DNA of 64,000 bases from Podarcis muralis (GCF_964188315.1 NC_135658.1:35526001-35590000); one strand, 5' to 3'. Counted from the first letter of the stretch, positions 48,363 through 61,207 are shown. The notes: generated by a model not told the origin, from the sequence alone. Translations and numbers: made by a program.

Positions 48363-49286
48363 CTATTTAACAAAAGAAGAAAGAAAGGAGGTAACAACAT
48401 TTGAAAAGCTAAGGAAAACCTACTGGTTACCAAAAGAGTAATTAAGAAATACTCCTGTATCAATTCAGACCCCCAAATTACAATAGAGTACTCACTCTTT
48501 TTTCATCTGCCCATGTTACAATATATTGCTACCAGCCACTTGGAGCGTTTTCTGCATTTGAACCTTTGTTGAAATAGTGTTTTTATTAACATTACAATAC
48601 TTTCCTTAATGATTTACTGCATGGGTGGGTGACTGGATCTGGCCAGTGGGTCAAATGGTTACCCTCCTGTATTGTGGGCAAACTTTGGCACATGAAACCC
48701 AGTCACCTTTTGCCCGCAGGCGTCTTCAGGAGCCCCTTTCAAAGTGCTCTTGCACAATGCTTTGAAAAGTGCTTCTGAAGAGCCAACAATCAGCTGACTG
48801 ATACCTTACTCAGTGCTTTGCTTAAGGCTTGCCATGCAACACTGATCAGCTGCTTGGTCTGCAAATGCCCTTTCAGCTGAGCAAGGTTTCTTCCTGCCCC
48901 ACACCTGGAGACACTGGGCATTTCCAAAATGGCATTGCAGGCCCAATGGGGAGCTCTGGTGGGTCTAATCAGGTCCATGGGCTGGATTCATAAAGCATAC
49001 TTGAAAGTCACTGAAGTTCGCTACAAATATTTATGTAGAAAAATTATAGCAAGCTAAGAAAATCATGGCAGTCTGGCTACTGCATGATAGTCTCATTCGT
49101 TCATTAATTTTTTCGTCATTTCATAAATGCACCATTTATTTATACCCAGTCCATTATTTTTAGCCCATCTCAAAGCAGTGCTGACTGGAACCATTTCCCC
49201 CTTAAATTTAATGTTTTCTAAGTCCCAATTTGTGTTCATTTATTGAAACATGGCACTATTCTTAAGATTAAACTTGTCAGATTTAC

Positions 49287-49462
49287 CCTCATGGTTGTTC
49301 ATGTGTCTTCTGTACTCCCGAAGCTGGGTAAATTTTCTCCCACAGTGCTCACAAATACGTTCCAAATTTTGCTTTGCTCTTCCTTTTTTCCCATGAGTTG
49401 CTTTCTTGACATGCCTTCTGTACAAAGCTTTCTCATAGAATTCTTTGCCACACACATTGCAC
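49287..49462 (-). CDS. ZBTB11: ZBTB11 exon 10 (176 bp)
   Basis: Encodes CNVCGKEFYEKALYRRHVKKATH...CEHCGRKFTQLREYRRHMNNHE with canonical splice sites. Confidence 0.96.
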
Positions 49463-50072
49463 CTAAAAAAACGAGAGAAGACGTTTAGAGCAATATAGAA
49501 AAGTCCTAAAAGTATTTATAACTCTTACAATAATATGTATTTGGGCTGAGAAGTCATTTTTACCCCAATCAGATTACTTGGGGAGTACAAAGTCCCTGTG
49601 TGGCATGAGTTGCAAGTGCACTGTACTCTTTATTCCTCATGCTACAATTGCATTATACAGCTTTTTTCTGGAACTCCAATAGGACACGCACTGTAAAATG
49701 GATAACCACAGGCTAGATTCTATATGGGCTAATCTGTTAAACAACTTTTGAAAACCACCACCACCACCACCACCCTGTGTTGTGAAGGAGGCTGGAGTAC
49801 CTCCAGGTCACAACAAATGTAGCAAGCTGCCTTTTAACATATTAAGAAACTTTTAAGGAGCTGTAGGAAGTCTAGTGACTAAGTTGAGGCGATAATCAAA
49901 ATAATTTAATATAATTCCTGATGGCTGTGACACAGAATTTTAAAATATTCATCCAAAAGGCATTCCATTATGCACAAGCAGAATTACAAAGTACACACTG
50001 ACTTGGCTACAGGTCTTTATCATCAAAGCTTAGACTATTTATTCAAAGCTTAGACTAGTTTACTTGATTTAC

Positions 50073-50231
50073 CTGTAAGGCTCAGTAACAGAATGGGACT
50101 TCACATGAGAATACCAATCTTTTTTCCAACTATAGCACTTTCCACAGGATTGGCACTGGAATGGTTTCACCCCAAGATGCTTGTTCATGTGCTGTCGGAG
50201 ATCTCGGGGTTCATAGAAACTTTTCTCACAT
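50073..50231 (-). CDS. ZBTB11: ZBTB11 exon 9 (159 bp)
   Basis: Encodes CEKSFYEPRDLRQHMNKHLGVKPFQCQSCGKCYSWKKDWYSHVKSHSVTEPY, phase 2/2. Confidence 0.96.
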
Positions 50232-50669
50232 CTGAAACAGTACACAATTGTACACATTTGGTTAAAGGAACCTACTGGGAAAGGTATTTGAGGTACAGCT
50301 ATAAGCTGCATGCCCAACCAGACTGTTATTTCATGTTAATGTAACTATGGGATGGATCTGGAGAGTTGCTTATTTTTATTTATTAGATTTCTGTCCTGCT
50401 TTCCCTCCCAAAGGAGCCCAGGGTGGCAGGTTAGAATAGATACACTGAAATTAATGTTAGTCAAAAAAATTAAAACCTATAAAATAATCCCCATTAACAG
50501 GCGTCTAATACTTCACAAAAGTATGGCCCAACTTGCTATGCTACAAAAGTCTGATGACGGGCTAATCCTCTACCCTTATAGAAAACAGTTTGATTCCCCT
50601 CCCTCCCTTTTTATTCACTTTCTTTCTTTCTTTTCTTGACAAGCAAGCTTGTTTGATTTATAGTGGTCT

Positions 50670-50817
50670 TAGCTACAAAGTGTAATATAACATACTTTTT
50701 TTTGTAAAAAAGAAAAGTCTGATTTTGAAGCCCAAATTTTCTAGCTACAAAGTGTAATATAACATAATTTTTTTTGTAAAAAAGAAAAGAGTCTGATTTT
50801 GAAGCCCAAATTTTCTA
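50670..50817. repeat. About 72-74-bp direct tandem duplication in ZBTB11 intron 8
   Basis: TAGCTACAAAGTGTAATATAACATA...GAAGCCCAAATTTTC occurs at 50670 and 50742. Confidence 0.92.
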
Positions 50818-51487
50818 TTGAAAAATTGTTCCCATGCCTTTTAAAGACAAATCAACTTTCCTTCCCTAAGAAACCCACAGCCACTCACTCACCCCTATGC
50901 TATCACAAGTTACATTGTACTGGGTGAGTCTTTTAAAAGATGCCCCGTGGAACATGTGTACTCTGTATTAAGAAATGAAGTGTGATAAGAGCAAAACTCT
51001 GTTTTCACATTAAAACCACATATAATCGAGACCAGGGGTGGAGAACAGTTTTGGCCTGGTGGGCCAGGTCTTCATCTCCCAACCACCACTGTAGCCCACC
51101 TTTGACAGATGGGCAGGACCAACCACGTGTCTGAAATCAAAGTGGCTTTGAGCAATTGACACCTGTAAAAGTTGGTCCAGGGGGGAGAAGCAGTTTGAAG
51201 GGCTTGCTCAGCCTTGTGTGCCACCCTTCCCAAACACCTGACAACCAAGCTAATTGTCAGATGTTTGGAAAGAGCTGCCTGCGCACAGCGAGCAAGCTTT
51301 GGAAGCCTGGTGCTCAGTGCTTGGGAAGTGCCAAGCTTTTGCAAAGGTTTGCAAAGCACTCCATGCAGCGCTTCCCAAATGCCTCACAATGAGCTGGTTG
51401 TTGGGCACTTGAGAAGTGAAGTGCAGAAAGCACTTGCAAAGTGCTTTGTATGGCACTTCTGATGCGCCCAACAGCCAGCTGGTGGCT

Positions 51488-51597
51488 ATAGAACCGTTGC
51501 TTTGGAAAGGGACCACAAGGATTATATAGTCCAAACCCTCCTGCAACGCAGGACCCACAACCCTGAGATTAAGAGTCTCATGCTCTACCAACTGAGA
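51488..51597 (-). mobile_element. tRNA-Lys/CR1 SINE, second copy, shortened
   Basis: The minus strand reads CTCAGTTGGTAGAGCATGAGACTCTTAATCTCAGGGTTGTGGGT, then a CR1-like tail. Confidence 0.7.
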
Positions 51598-51807
51598 TGT
51601 CTCAATGTCAGGTGTCTGGGAAGCAGGGAGACAAGTCTCACCCTTATCTGCCCCACACACATCATATATTGTGGAGCGGACATGGCTTGCCTGAAACAGC
51701 CTGGCAGATTTCTGTAAAAGTAACATGGGAGTTCATTTTGATACCCACTGAAATTGGCAAAAATATACTTAAAACATTTAAAGGCTTGCAATTCTATTCA
51801 TACTTAC

Positions 51808-51925
51808 TGAGTACACTGATATCCCCGAATTTCAGGTTTTGGCTGGTGTTTCTTTAGATGCTTGCTAAGTCCCGAAGCTCTATGGAAAGACTTTCCACAG
51901 TGTGAACAAAAGTATTTTGATTCTC
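51808..51925 (-). CDS. ZBTB11: ZBTB11 exon 8 (118 bp)
   Basis: Encodes ESKYFCSHCGKSFHRASGLSKHLKKHQPKPEIRGYQCT, phase 1/2. Confidence 0.96.
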
Positions 51926-52818
51926 CTGACAAAATAATAGCGGCAATGGCTTTAATAGATGCTATCGTATTCAACTTAAGGCAAAAAAACAAAATTATTT
52001 TTAACATTAAAAATGCTTTTGAAATGCATTTCCTTTCATGGTTTTGACTAAAATATGAGAGAAGACAATGCGAGCAAATATAACAGGAAGGAGGTTAGTT
52101 GAGGAAAATAGATACTTTGCTCTCAGAGGTAGTAGCAGCTAGAGACCATCAGTGGAAGAAGTGAGCTGTTCATCTGGCCCTCCTCCACAGCTGCTGGAAT
52201 TCCTCCTCTTGAGGAAGCCAGCCTTTTTTGCATCTTTGGTCCTCAGAAGGAATCCTTTCCCACTCCAGTCTCTGCTGACTGACTGACTGAGAGCCCAACT
52301 AGGCTCAATCTACCAGGGAGTGTAGGTTATAACAAGACCGGAGTTTTGGAGTCCATTGTCAGCAAAATGCTATGTTTTTTAATTATGTATTTTTTGTTCT
52401 CGTTTTGTATTTTTATGCTGTGTTCTGCACTGTGATCTTCAGGTGAAAGGTGGTATACAAGTTTAACAAAGAAGAAAAAGAAGAATATTCACTAGGAAAG
52501 GGAGTAGAGGCAGCAAATGGGATGAAAGGAAGGTGAGAGTAGGTAGGTATGCTGTTGACAATTATGGCACAGGGACAGCTAAGGCACTCCAGTGTTTTTA
52601 CACATGTAGGAAAAATATTTAGGCATTGAATAATTGACGAATAATTCAACTGACCAATAATTCAAATATTCTTTAGAGGAAGCCAGCTAAGGCAGAAGAA
52701 AAGAATGAGTACAACAGGGTCAAGAATTGTTTTGGCCTGGTGATTGTTTTTTAGCTGATTCAACTGTTAACACCATGAATCAGAAACAATGTTCATAAAA
52801 TAAGCAATTAATATAAAA

Positions 52819-53452
52819 TGTGATGGCCTGGGAATCCGATTCAGAAAGTGAATTGGAGGAATCCCAGCCTGCACAGGAGTCCCCGCCTCCAGGGCCGGCT
52901 GAACTGGGGCAGGGCCTTGATTCTGAGGAGCCTGCACCTGTGCCGGATCCTCAGGAGCAGGCATCAGGTGAATCCATTCTGGCTCCAGAGGTGGTTGAGG
53001 ACTCAGTGCGTACAGGTGAATCTCCCCCTGGGCCCAGTAACCCTTCAGCCTCTCCTGAACTGCAGAGGCTTAGGGCAGAGAGGCGAAGGGAACTGGTTTC
53101 TCCCAGCAGGAGTGCTCGCCTTAAGGCCAGGAGAGGCGGGGCTCCTGGGGGCCGGGACCGCCCCTGGCCTCAGAGAAGATAAAGGCCAGTCAGCCCGGTC
53201 CCAGGTTGCGGGAGCAACGTCGTTATTGAAGAGCTGTTTCGGCCAGCATCCAGTCCTGTTCCTCCAGTGTTCCTGTTCCCCGCCCGGCTTCCTGCTTCTG
53301 ACCTTCCAGCGTTCCTGTTCCCCGCCTAGCTTCCTGCTTCTGATCTTCGAGTGTCCCTGTCCCCGCCCGGCTCCCTGCTTCGGACCTCACCTCGCACCTT
53401 GTGGACTATTACCAGGCTAGTGACTCAGGACTGAACTTTGACTACAGTCACA
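52819..53452 (+). mobile_element. Probable solo LTR (Gypsy-like) in ZBTB11 intron 7
   Basis: GC-rich block with TGTGA...TCACA inverted ends, TATA-like GATAAAGG at about 53178 and a 42-bp internal repeat. No clean TSD found. Confidence 0.62.
53269..53386. repeat. 42-bp tandem repeat, about 2.8 copies, inside the LTR
   Basis: GTTCCTGTTCCCCGCC...CTTCCTGCTTCTGA units start at 53269, 53311 and 53353. Confidence 0.88.
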
Positions 53453-53708
53453 GTAAGCTTCCCCCCGGGACCAGCACATAAAATAAAGCTGAATTTAATA
53501 TACCGATTCAAAGCTGCCAGTTGAAAATTGAAACAGGAGAGCTCTAGTTTCTCAGCTCCCTCATCACATATGGCTGGAATGCTGAATTTCACTGAACTGA
53601 AACCACTAGCTAAATATTTGTGGTTTGAGTGCATTCAGTTTATACACCCCCATGAAAGCATAGTGCAGGTGTTACTTTTTCATTAATAAGAAAGGGTCTC
53701 TCATTTAC

Positions 53709-53853
53709 CTGTGTGAATGCTTATATGCTCCTGAAGACTTCTTTTTGTGACAAAAGACTTATCACACAATTCACATTTAAACTGCTTCTGTGCCTCATGG
53801 AGCGCGAGGTGCATCTTTAAACCGTGTTTGTAAGTAAACGACTTTCCACAAAT
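53709..53853 (-). CDS. ZBTB11: ZBTB11 exon 7 (145 bp); not in the ORF track
   Basis: Encodes ICGKSFTYKHGLKMHLALHEAQKQFKCELCDKSFVTKRSLQEHISIHT. AG at 53854-53855, GT at 53707-53708. Confidence 0.96.
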
Positions 53854-53989
53854 CTGCAAGAGATCAAATGGTCAGCAAATGTTACCATCCCTCCAAACAG
53901 ACAGCAACTGCCTACGATAAAGGAAGCATTAGATGGTAAAGTAAGAGGAGTTTTATGGCAAAACTAGGAGACAAGAAGACAAAGGGATT

Positions 53990-54226
53990 TAGTATCCAAC
54001 TAAACAGATCCACTAGTGCAACTACCTTTGGCTGCTGAAGGGACTTCATCTCCCTCTCCTCTCCTCTTCCTGTGCCCCCTTAAATCTGTTCTGGGGGGCT
54101 TCCCAATCCTCTGGAGCAGATTTGGGGAGTACAGAGTGGACATGTGGGAGAAGAGAGGGTGGCAAACCTCCCGTGTGAAAGCAGACATCCTTGGGCTAGC
54201 AGAGCTACTTAGTTGGATACAGCCCA
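53990..54226. mobile_element. Short inverted-repeat element (MITE, possibly PIF/Harbinger type)
   Basis: GTATCCAACTAA ... TTAGTTGGATAC inverted termini. Confidence 0.55.
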
Positions 54227-55259
54227 CAATTTGTACCTGAAGAAGTAGTTTAGCATTTCAGTGATGAAGAAAAAACTTATTCCAGTAAAACTCAAAGCTC
54301 CAGAGAGACAGAGAGCACCTGAGAAATCTTTTTTAGGTAATGCATACCCTTTAATGACAGTGCAAACTGAGATAATAATTGATGATCTTAGAAACCTAGC
54401 ATGACCAATTCAAATTTCAATCTTGAAAATTGCAAAACAGAAAATAAACGTAGCAAGTCTGCCTACTAAACTCCCAACACCTATGGTACACCTGCAAATG
54501 TAATTAGATGTTTTTATAATCAATGAAATCAATCGCTACTGTTCTGCTCACATAATAGCTTTTGATCCAGTGGAGGCATCAGCTAACATAAGAAAAGGCC
54601 ATTTTCTCCCAGGTCCATTCCCTCTGCAGCCCTCACAACCCTCCGGTGGGTTGTTGGGAGGTTTTGAAGGCTCAGAATATTTCAGAAGCGCTCAGACACC
54701 ACTGCTGGATCAAAAGCTGTTCTGCCAGTGGAATGGCAGCATTGGATTTCACCCAATACATATAAAAGCCAAACTGGCTGGGTGATATCAACATTAGTTG
54801 CGGAGCAGACATAATGAAATCAATAGGCTTCGGTAACTTACCTCAACTGATTTCAACTGTACTCTGTACATGTCTACTCTAGGTATGACTTAGCTAAATA
54901 TTATTTAGGTATCATTGGAGCCAATGCGAGTTCTAACTGAAATCTAGGCCTTTGGGATTAAGTAAATGAAACATGGTGGCCATAGCATCCAGCTTTTTGA
55001 AGTAATACAGAATCAAGATTTTAACTATGGTTTATAATTTCACAGCCTAATACTGAAGTTTTTCAAGGTTTTTCTAGGCTACATTAAAACTTAACACAAA
55101 GTTCCCATCCACTTTTCCTTCATTTCAGCAGTATTCATTGTTATGAATTCTGTTGCTTTCAGATAGCAATTGAACTTCGTATAAGCTTTTAACCACATGG
55201 CTAAAATATCACAAGAAGAAATACATCAAAAATGTGAGACCATAAAGCATTACTTTTAC

Positions 55260-55493
55260 CTTACATGCATGTGGCTTTACACCTGTATGTTTCAACATAT
55301 GGATTCTCAGAGAGTAGAGTTTAGGCAAACTTCTTCCACATATATCACAGATAAACTCCCGTTTAGTTCTGCCCTTCATAGCTGCACCACTCTCCTCTAT
55401 ACTGGCAGTTGCAACAGTCACTTCGTTTTTTCGGGTATGGCGAACAAGGTGGGCTCGCAGAGAGGCACCATACTGAAACTCTTTTTTGCACAG
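55260..55493 (-). CDS. ZBTB11: ZBTB11 exon 6 (234 bp)
   Basis: Encodes LCKKEFQYGASLRAHLVRH...FICDICGRSLPKLYSLRIHMLKHTGVKPHACK. Confidence 0.96.
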
Positions 55494-56678
55494 CTGAGAA
55501 ACATAAAATTGTTTTGATATGTCACTTGAAATCTTAACACTAAGAATCAGAGATTCATGTAACAGTTTTGTAGCTGGAAGAGTTCTCTCCATCTACTAGA
55601 TAAGGGACTTACTTCTAGGCTTGCATACCTTACAGATAAAAGTAATGTATAAATAGCAATGCATAGATCTGACTAAGAGATCTGTGACAACTCATTCTAA
55701 AAGTCTGTTCCACTTTATGCATATTACAAATTGCAGACAGGAATGGCGACATTTGCCTTGTAACACTCCAAGACTATGAATCTAAGCTACCTGACTGGAG
55801 AGCTGAAACATATTTAAGAGCAGTGATGAGAGTTTAAGTTGGAATTGTTATCTTTTGAGAAACTACACTGGGAGATTATTGTAATGTTAAATGCCAAATC
55901 AAAGGGAAGTGGTAGGCTGTACACAACTCAATTAATCTAGCATTTAAAGAATAGAGAGATGTTGGACATGAAACGAGAACTGATGAATGGAAATGCTTAT
56001 GTACTCGTTCCCTAGCCAGGCTAATTTCAGCAAATTTAAAGGGAAATTTTAAAATCTAATAGCAATGGAATTTAACACCATACACATTAAACCTGATTTA
56101 TAGAAAAGGACAGGACAATTGCTGGAGCTGTGGGATGACACAGGCAGATATTTTTGCACATATATTGGGAATTTCCTATCTTTCAGAACTTTTGTAATAT
56201 AATCAGTTACAAAAACACTTGGGTAACCTAAGCTTTGGTATCCTAAGATACTACTGGGGTTATCTAAAAAACACAGTTCCATATGTCAATTTGCTAGAAG
56301 CAACCAAACAATTTTAGCAAAAAACAACAAGGGGAAACAATGCTCCTCTAACAATACTGTATATTGGTTTGAGAAATTATGGTTTACTGAAAGACTGTTT
56401 AAATTAATATATTCTAGGACAACACAGATTAACAAAACCAACAAATTTATTGAAAGATCTATATTTCTTAAATTATTGAATGACAAATCTCAGGGAACGT
56501 TCAATCGCATGGTGCTTTTAATTTATTGTTAACATTTACATAACACTTGAGCCGTTTTTAAACTCTGTATTAAATGGTAGTTTGTACAATTAAAAAAAAA
56601 ATAAAGTTAAGTAATAAATGCATGAACAAGCATTGCTACAGAAGTGCCAGTTTAGAGTAATTTTAAGGGGAAACTTAC

Positions 56679-56858
56679 TGGACATTTAAAATTCTTTGTC
56701 CTTTCATGCTTCAGCGTGTGCATTATGAGAGCATAACGCCTCTGAAAAACCATTCCACATTCACCACATTTGTGCTGAGCTTCTGTCTCACTGTGCTCTG
56801 AAGTGTCTCTCTTGGGCTGCTTCATCTTCTTGCCTCTTTGAACTAGCTTCATGGCAAC
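56679..56858 (-). CDS. ZBTB11: ZBTB11 exon 5 (180 bp)
   Basis: Encodes VAMKLVQRGKKMKQPKRD...HKCGECGMVFQRRYALIMHTLKHERTKNFKCP. Confidence 0.96.
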
Positions 56859-57366
56859 CTAATTGAAAAGGATTGGTTACAATTAACATTACATAGGGGG
56901 AGGGAGGGACTGTAAAATCAACAACCCGAGTGGAATAGCAAAGGAAGTTTTCTTTTAAAATATCTCAGCAATTTTAGCAAAGGGACATGAGGAAGATATA
57001 TGTGATATTCCCCATAAAACCTACATGCTCGTATTAGCTCAGAATTCAACAACATGTGAGTCCTCTTCAGACATGTGAGCCCTCTCTACAGGAGCAGAAG
57101 CGTACCAGGTTATTCCAGCACCTGTTTTCTGTGTGTACAGCACCAATGTATGTTAACACCAAAGCGTTTGTGTGTATAGGTAGAATTCTACGTGACTGGG
57201 GACCCAGGTTACACTGAAGTCTTCACTTGTACAGCTGTATGTCTGCCATATCCTTTGCTACAGATGTTCATGCTGTACATGTAGACTCCAAGGAGTGACG
57301 CTATTTGGTGCATGCTCACCTCTATATAGAGCAACGTAGGAGCTGCAATGATCAAAGTGTTCAATA

Positions 57367-57730
57367 GGTAAAGGTAAAGGTACCCCTGCCCGTACGGGCC
57401 AATCTTGCCAGACTCTGGGGTTGTGCGCCCATCTCACTCAAGAGGCCGGGGGCCAGCGCTGTCCGGAGACACTTCCGGGTCACATGGCCAGCGTGACATC
57501 GCTGCTCTGGCGAGCCAGAGCCGCACACAGAAACGCCGTTTACCTTCCCGCTAGAAAGCGGTCCCTATTTATCTACTTGCACCCGGGGGTGCTTTCGAAC
57601 TGCTAGGTTGGCAGGCGCTGGGACCGAGCAGCGGGAGCGCACCCCGCCGCGGGGATTCGAACCGCCGACCTTTCGATCGGCAAGCCCTAGGCGCTGAGGC
57701 TTTTACCCACAGCGCCACCCGCGTCCCCCT
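57367..57730 (-). mobile_element. Sauria SINE, full length
   Basis: Reverse complement of the 6811 copy. Perfect 13-bp TSD AAAGTGTTCAATA at 57354-57366 and 57731-57743. Confidence 0.94.
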
Positions 57731-57833
57731 AAAGTGTTCAATAATGGAGCACAAATCTACTTTTGAATTAAGAGGCATGTCATGGTGAAGTTGTGATTAC
57801 AGTTTTCTGCTTACACATTACCAAACCACTCTA

Positions 57834-58067
57834 CAGTGGTACCTCGGGTTAAGTACTTAATTCATTCTAGAAGTCCGTTCTTAACCTGAAACTGTTCTTA
57901 ACCTGAAGCACCAATTTAGCTAATGGGGCCTCCTACTGCCGCCGGAGCACTATTTCTGTTCTCATCCTGAAGCTAAATTCTTAACCTGGGGTACTATTTC
58001 TGGGTTAGCGGAGTCTATAAACTGAAGCGTATGTAACCGGTAGCGTATGTAACCCGAGGTACCACTG
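57834..58067. mobile_element. Tc1/mariner-type MITE, subfamily A
   Basis: TA-CAGTGGTACCTCGGGTTAAG...TAACCCGAGGTACCACTG-TA. Confidence 0.92.
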
Positions 58068-58910
58068 TACAAGTAGTTTACATATAGGCTGTGCTTACTC
58101 AAGGCTTCTACACATTAATTCATAGGTTCTCAAATGTTGCAATAAGCCTCCTGAAAGGAAGGAACAAGTTAGGGCATATTCACAGTGAAATCATCATCAT
58201 TTATTAAATTTGTCTGTCGCTTTATCTCGCCCAGGCCAAAGCAACTTACAACCAAACAAATAGACAATAAACCCCACACAGATATATTTCAATGAAGAGG
58301 AAACAGAAATATATTAAAAACATCCCAACCACTTCTAAAAGGCCAAAGATAGCTGAAGGCAAAGTCCTGGTTATAAAGGAAAGGTTTTGTTTGCTTGGTG
58401 CCTAAAGATATATAATGATGGCAACAGGCTAGCCTCCCTGGGGGGGAGCATTCTACAAACAAGGAGTCACCAGAGAAAAGGCCTGCACTCAGGTTGCCAC
58501 CCTCTAGACCTTGATATGGGGAAAAGCGGTCCTTGAATATCTCCTGCATATCTTTCTAGTGAATTCACATGCTCTGGCAAGGCCCTGTTATGTCTGCCCC
58601 TGATATTAAGGGTACAGCAGGAAGCAGCGAGATCGCAAACGGACAGTGGAACTGGAATTGTTTTCTTGTACTGTTGAATTTACTTTTGTTGACTGTTTTA
58701 ATCATTACATCTGATGATGTTTCGATTTTGTATACATTACATCTTTTAAAATTATTTTTTATTGTAAACCACCTTGGAAGCCTTGCTGGGATTGAAATGC
58801 AAGAAAGGGAAGCAAAGATATATCCTTATTACTACGAACAAACAAACAAGCAAACAAATAGCTCAGTGGACACAAATAAAGTTTTTTGGGTGGTAAGATT
58901 TTGAGCATAC

Positions 58911-59779
58911 CTGCTGAATGGCTGATTTGGCTGCCGGCTTTCTATTTTGTAGTTTTTTCTCAATGCCCTTGTGCAACTTGATATAGCCTCCCTCACTCAC
59001 AGAACGCTGACGTAGCTTGCTTTTGTAGGTGTCATCTTGACCGGAAACTGAGGTCTCTGACTGAGACTGAGGAGTGCTCTGCATTTTACATGGCCTGCCA
59101 CGTTTTCGCTTAAGTCCTTCCCGATTATCTTCAGAGGCAGCATCTGCATTTGCTTCGCTGATCACGTTTTGTTCACTTCCATCGTTCTGATCGGTATCGC
59201 TTTCTGCCCGAGTGCTGATAATGACTTGTTCTGCTGCTGGAGGCTCTGACTGCACTACAGAAACAGTCTGACTTGTGGTACATTCTACAATTTGGGTTTT
59301 TTCTTCAGTTTCGGTCATTTCTACACAAGTAGATTGCACCAGAGGCTCTGGAGGATTGTCCACGAGAGGCTCTGAAGCAGTTTGCGGTGCAGCCTCAGGC
59401 GTAGCCATTTCTTCCACATCAGTACTCGAACATGTTCCATTCACAGTTGCTACAGCATCTTCTGTAGGTAAAGGCTGCTCCACGCTGTCCGCTGGGTTCA
59501 ATGGGCTTTCGTTCTGCTCAGAAAGATTCTGAGCTACCTCACTTTCGTTCTGCTCTAAAAGAGTTTGCGCTACCTCGACTATCTGAACATCTCCTTTTTG
59601 GTACACTGTGATTTGCTTATCTTCCATTTGCTTGTGCACATTTTCGCAGATTTCCAGGACTTCTGTCATGACGAGATGTTGGGCCAGCTCAGCTACTGCT
59701 GCCATATTGCAGAAATCAAACGTCAGCTCAGAGGTATAAGCAAATTCTAGCAAAGGGAGGAAGCTGGCCTTGCGAAAGC
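58911..59779 (-). CDS. ZBTB11: ZBTB11 exon 4 (869 bp; BTB C-terminal half and acidic linker)
   Basis: Encodes GFRKASFLPLLEFAYTSELTFDFCNM...KPAAKSAIQQ. AG at 59780-59781, GT at 58909-58910. Confidence 0.96.
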
Positions 59780-61207
59780 CTGCAACAAATAAGGAAGAAG
59801 GTGACAAAAGGGTTTTAAGAGATGATCACTATTTAGAAATAAATTGCTGTTTTTGTTCACTACCAGCTAACTATAATAACAGTCTCAAACCATATGAACA
59901 AAGTCCTCAGGGATAATTTTTGATTTGTATGACCACATTCTTGGAGTTCTGAAGAGAAAATGAATACTGCCAGGACAAATTAGGCAAATTTGGGAGGAAT
60001 ACCTTAGAAGTGCAGCTGAAGGATTTTAGAAATCAGACACTGTGTGGCCTATCCATATGACAGTCCCAGAAGCTCTCTCAAAGTAAAGGTTGCCTGCTCT
60101 GGTCTCTATTGAATAGGAACCCCTAACATATTTTCTGGAGAAACTATACAAGCAGAAAGAGAGAGGTTCCATTTGTCTGAAACATGCTTAAGAGGCTTTT
60201 CTGCAGCAAAATGTAACACTCTCTAGTTTCTTTAAGTTCACTTTGTTTTAATGTCTTATGTTTCTGGCTGCGTGATTTTTAAATATGGCCAGTATAGCAG
60301 TATATTATTCCCTGTATTTAGGATCTAATGCAACTTCTCCCATACAATCTGGACAGCAGAGACCTAACTTCCTTACTCACATATCAGCAGCAGTAGTTCT
60401 GTGTCCCTGTCATCTCCATCCTCTACTACCACACCCTGTTAGCTCCTCCTGTTTGTGCATATGAAATGCCAGCAGAAACAAAGAAACTGTGGGACTTAGT
60501 TCTGGAGACAGCATATCATACTGAATGGTATGCATGTCTTGAAGGGCAGCCCTGCTGGATCAGGCCATGTATATAGACCTGCATCCTGCTCACAAACAGC
60601 TTTCTGGCCTTCCATCGAGGTCGATCATTCATATGTATAATTTCTATACCACCCTTCATTCAAAGATCACAGGGCGGTTTATAATATGGCAAGCATCAAA
60701 CAGGCTCTTTTCAGCGGTGACCCAACATCTTGTGGAATTTTCTTTGTAGGGAAGTATATATGGCCTTGTTGCTATCTGTCTTTCAGCATATCTTTAAAAA
60801 CTTCTGTTTTGTTCAGAGTTTTATTAATTTTTAATGTGCTCTCTGCTGCTTTTATCTGGTTATTTCAATACTTTTGATCTGTAATTAATATACTTAATAA
60901 AGTATTACTGTAAGCCTTGGGGGAGTTTCTTGTCCTGAAAGGGCAGGGTAAAGATCTATTAAATAAATAAACCAGCTGGGGAAATTTGTCTGACTAAATC
61001 AACTACCTATCAATCTAAGCAGAGTATGCAAACAGACAAAATGAAATCATTCAGTCCTCTTTGATGGTGTTGGGGGTGGGGGGACGGGACAAGACACCCT
61101 ACAGGTTTTCAACATCTTTTCTATTTGATCAAACAAATTCTGAATAGTCCCCCCCAAAAAACCCCCCCATTATTTATGGGTTGTTGTTTTTGCTTAGATC
61201 AGTTTAC

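Noticed and set aside
52848-53420. Second, 190-aa ORF over the LTR
   Set aside because: Non-ATG start, and its length depends on the 42-bp repeat being a multiple of 3.
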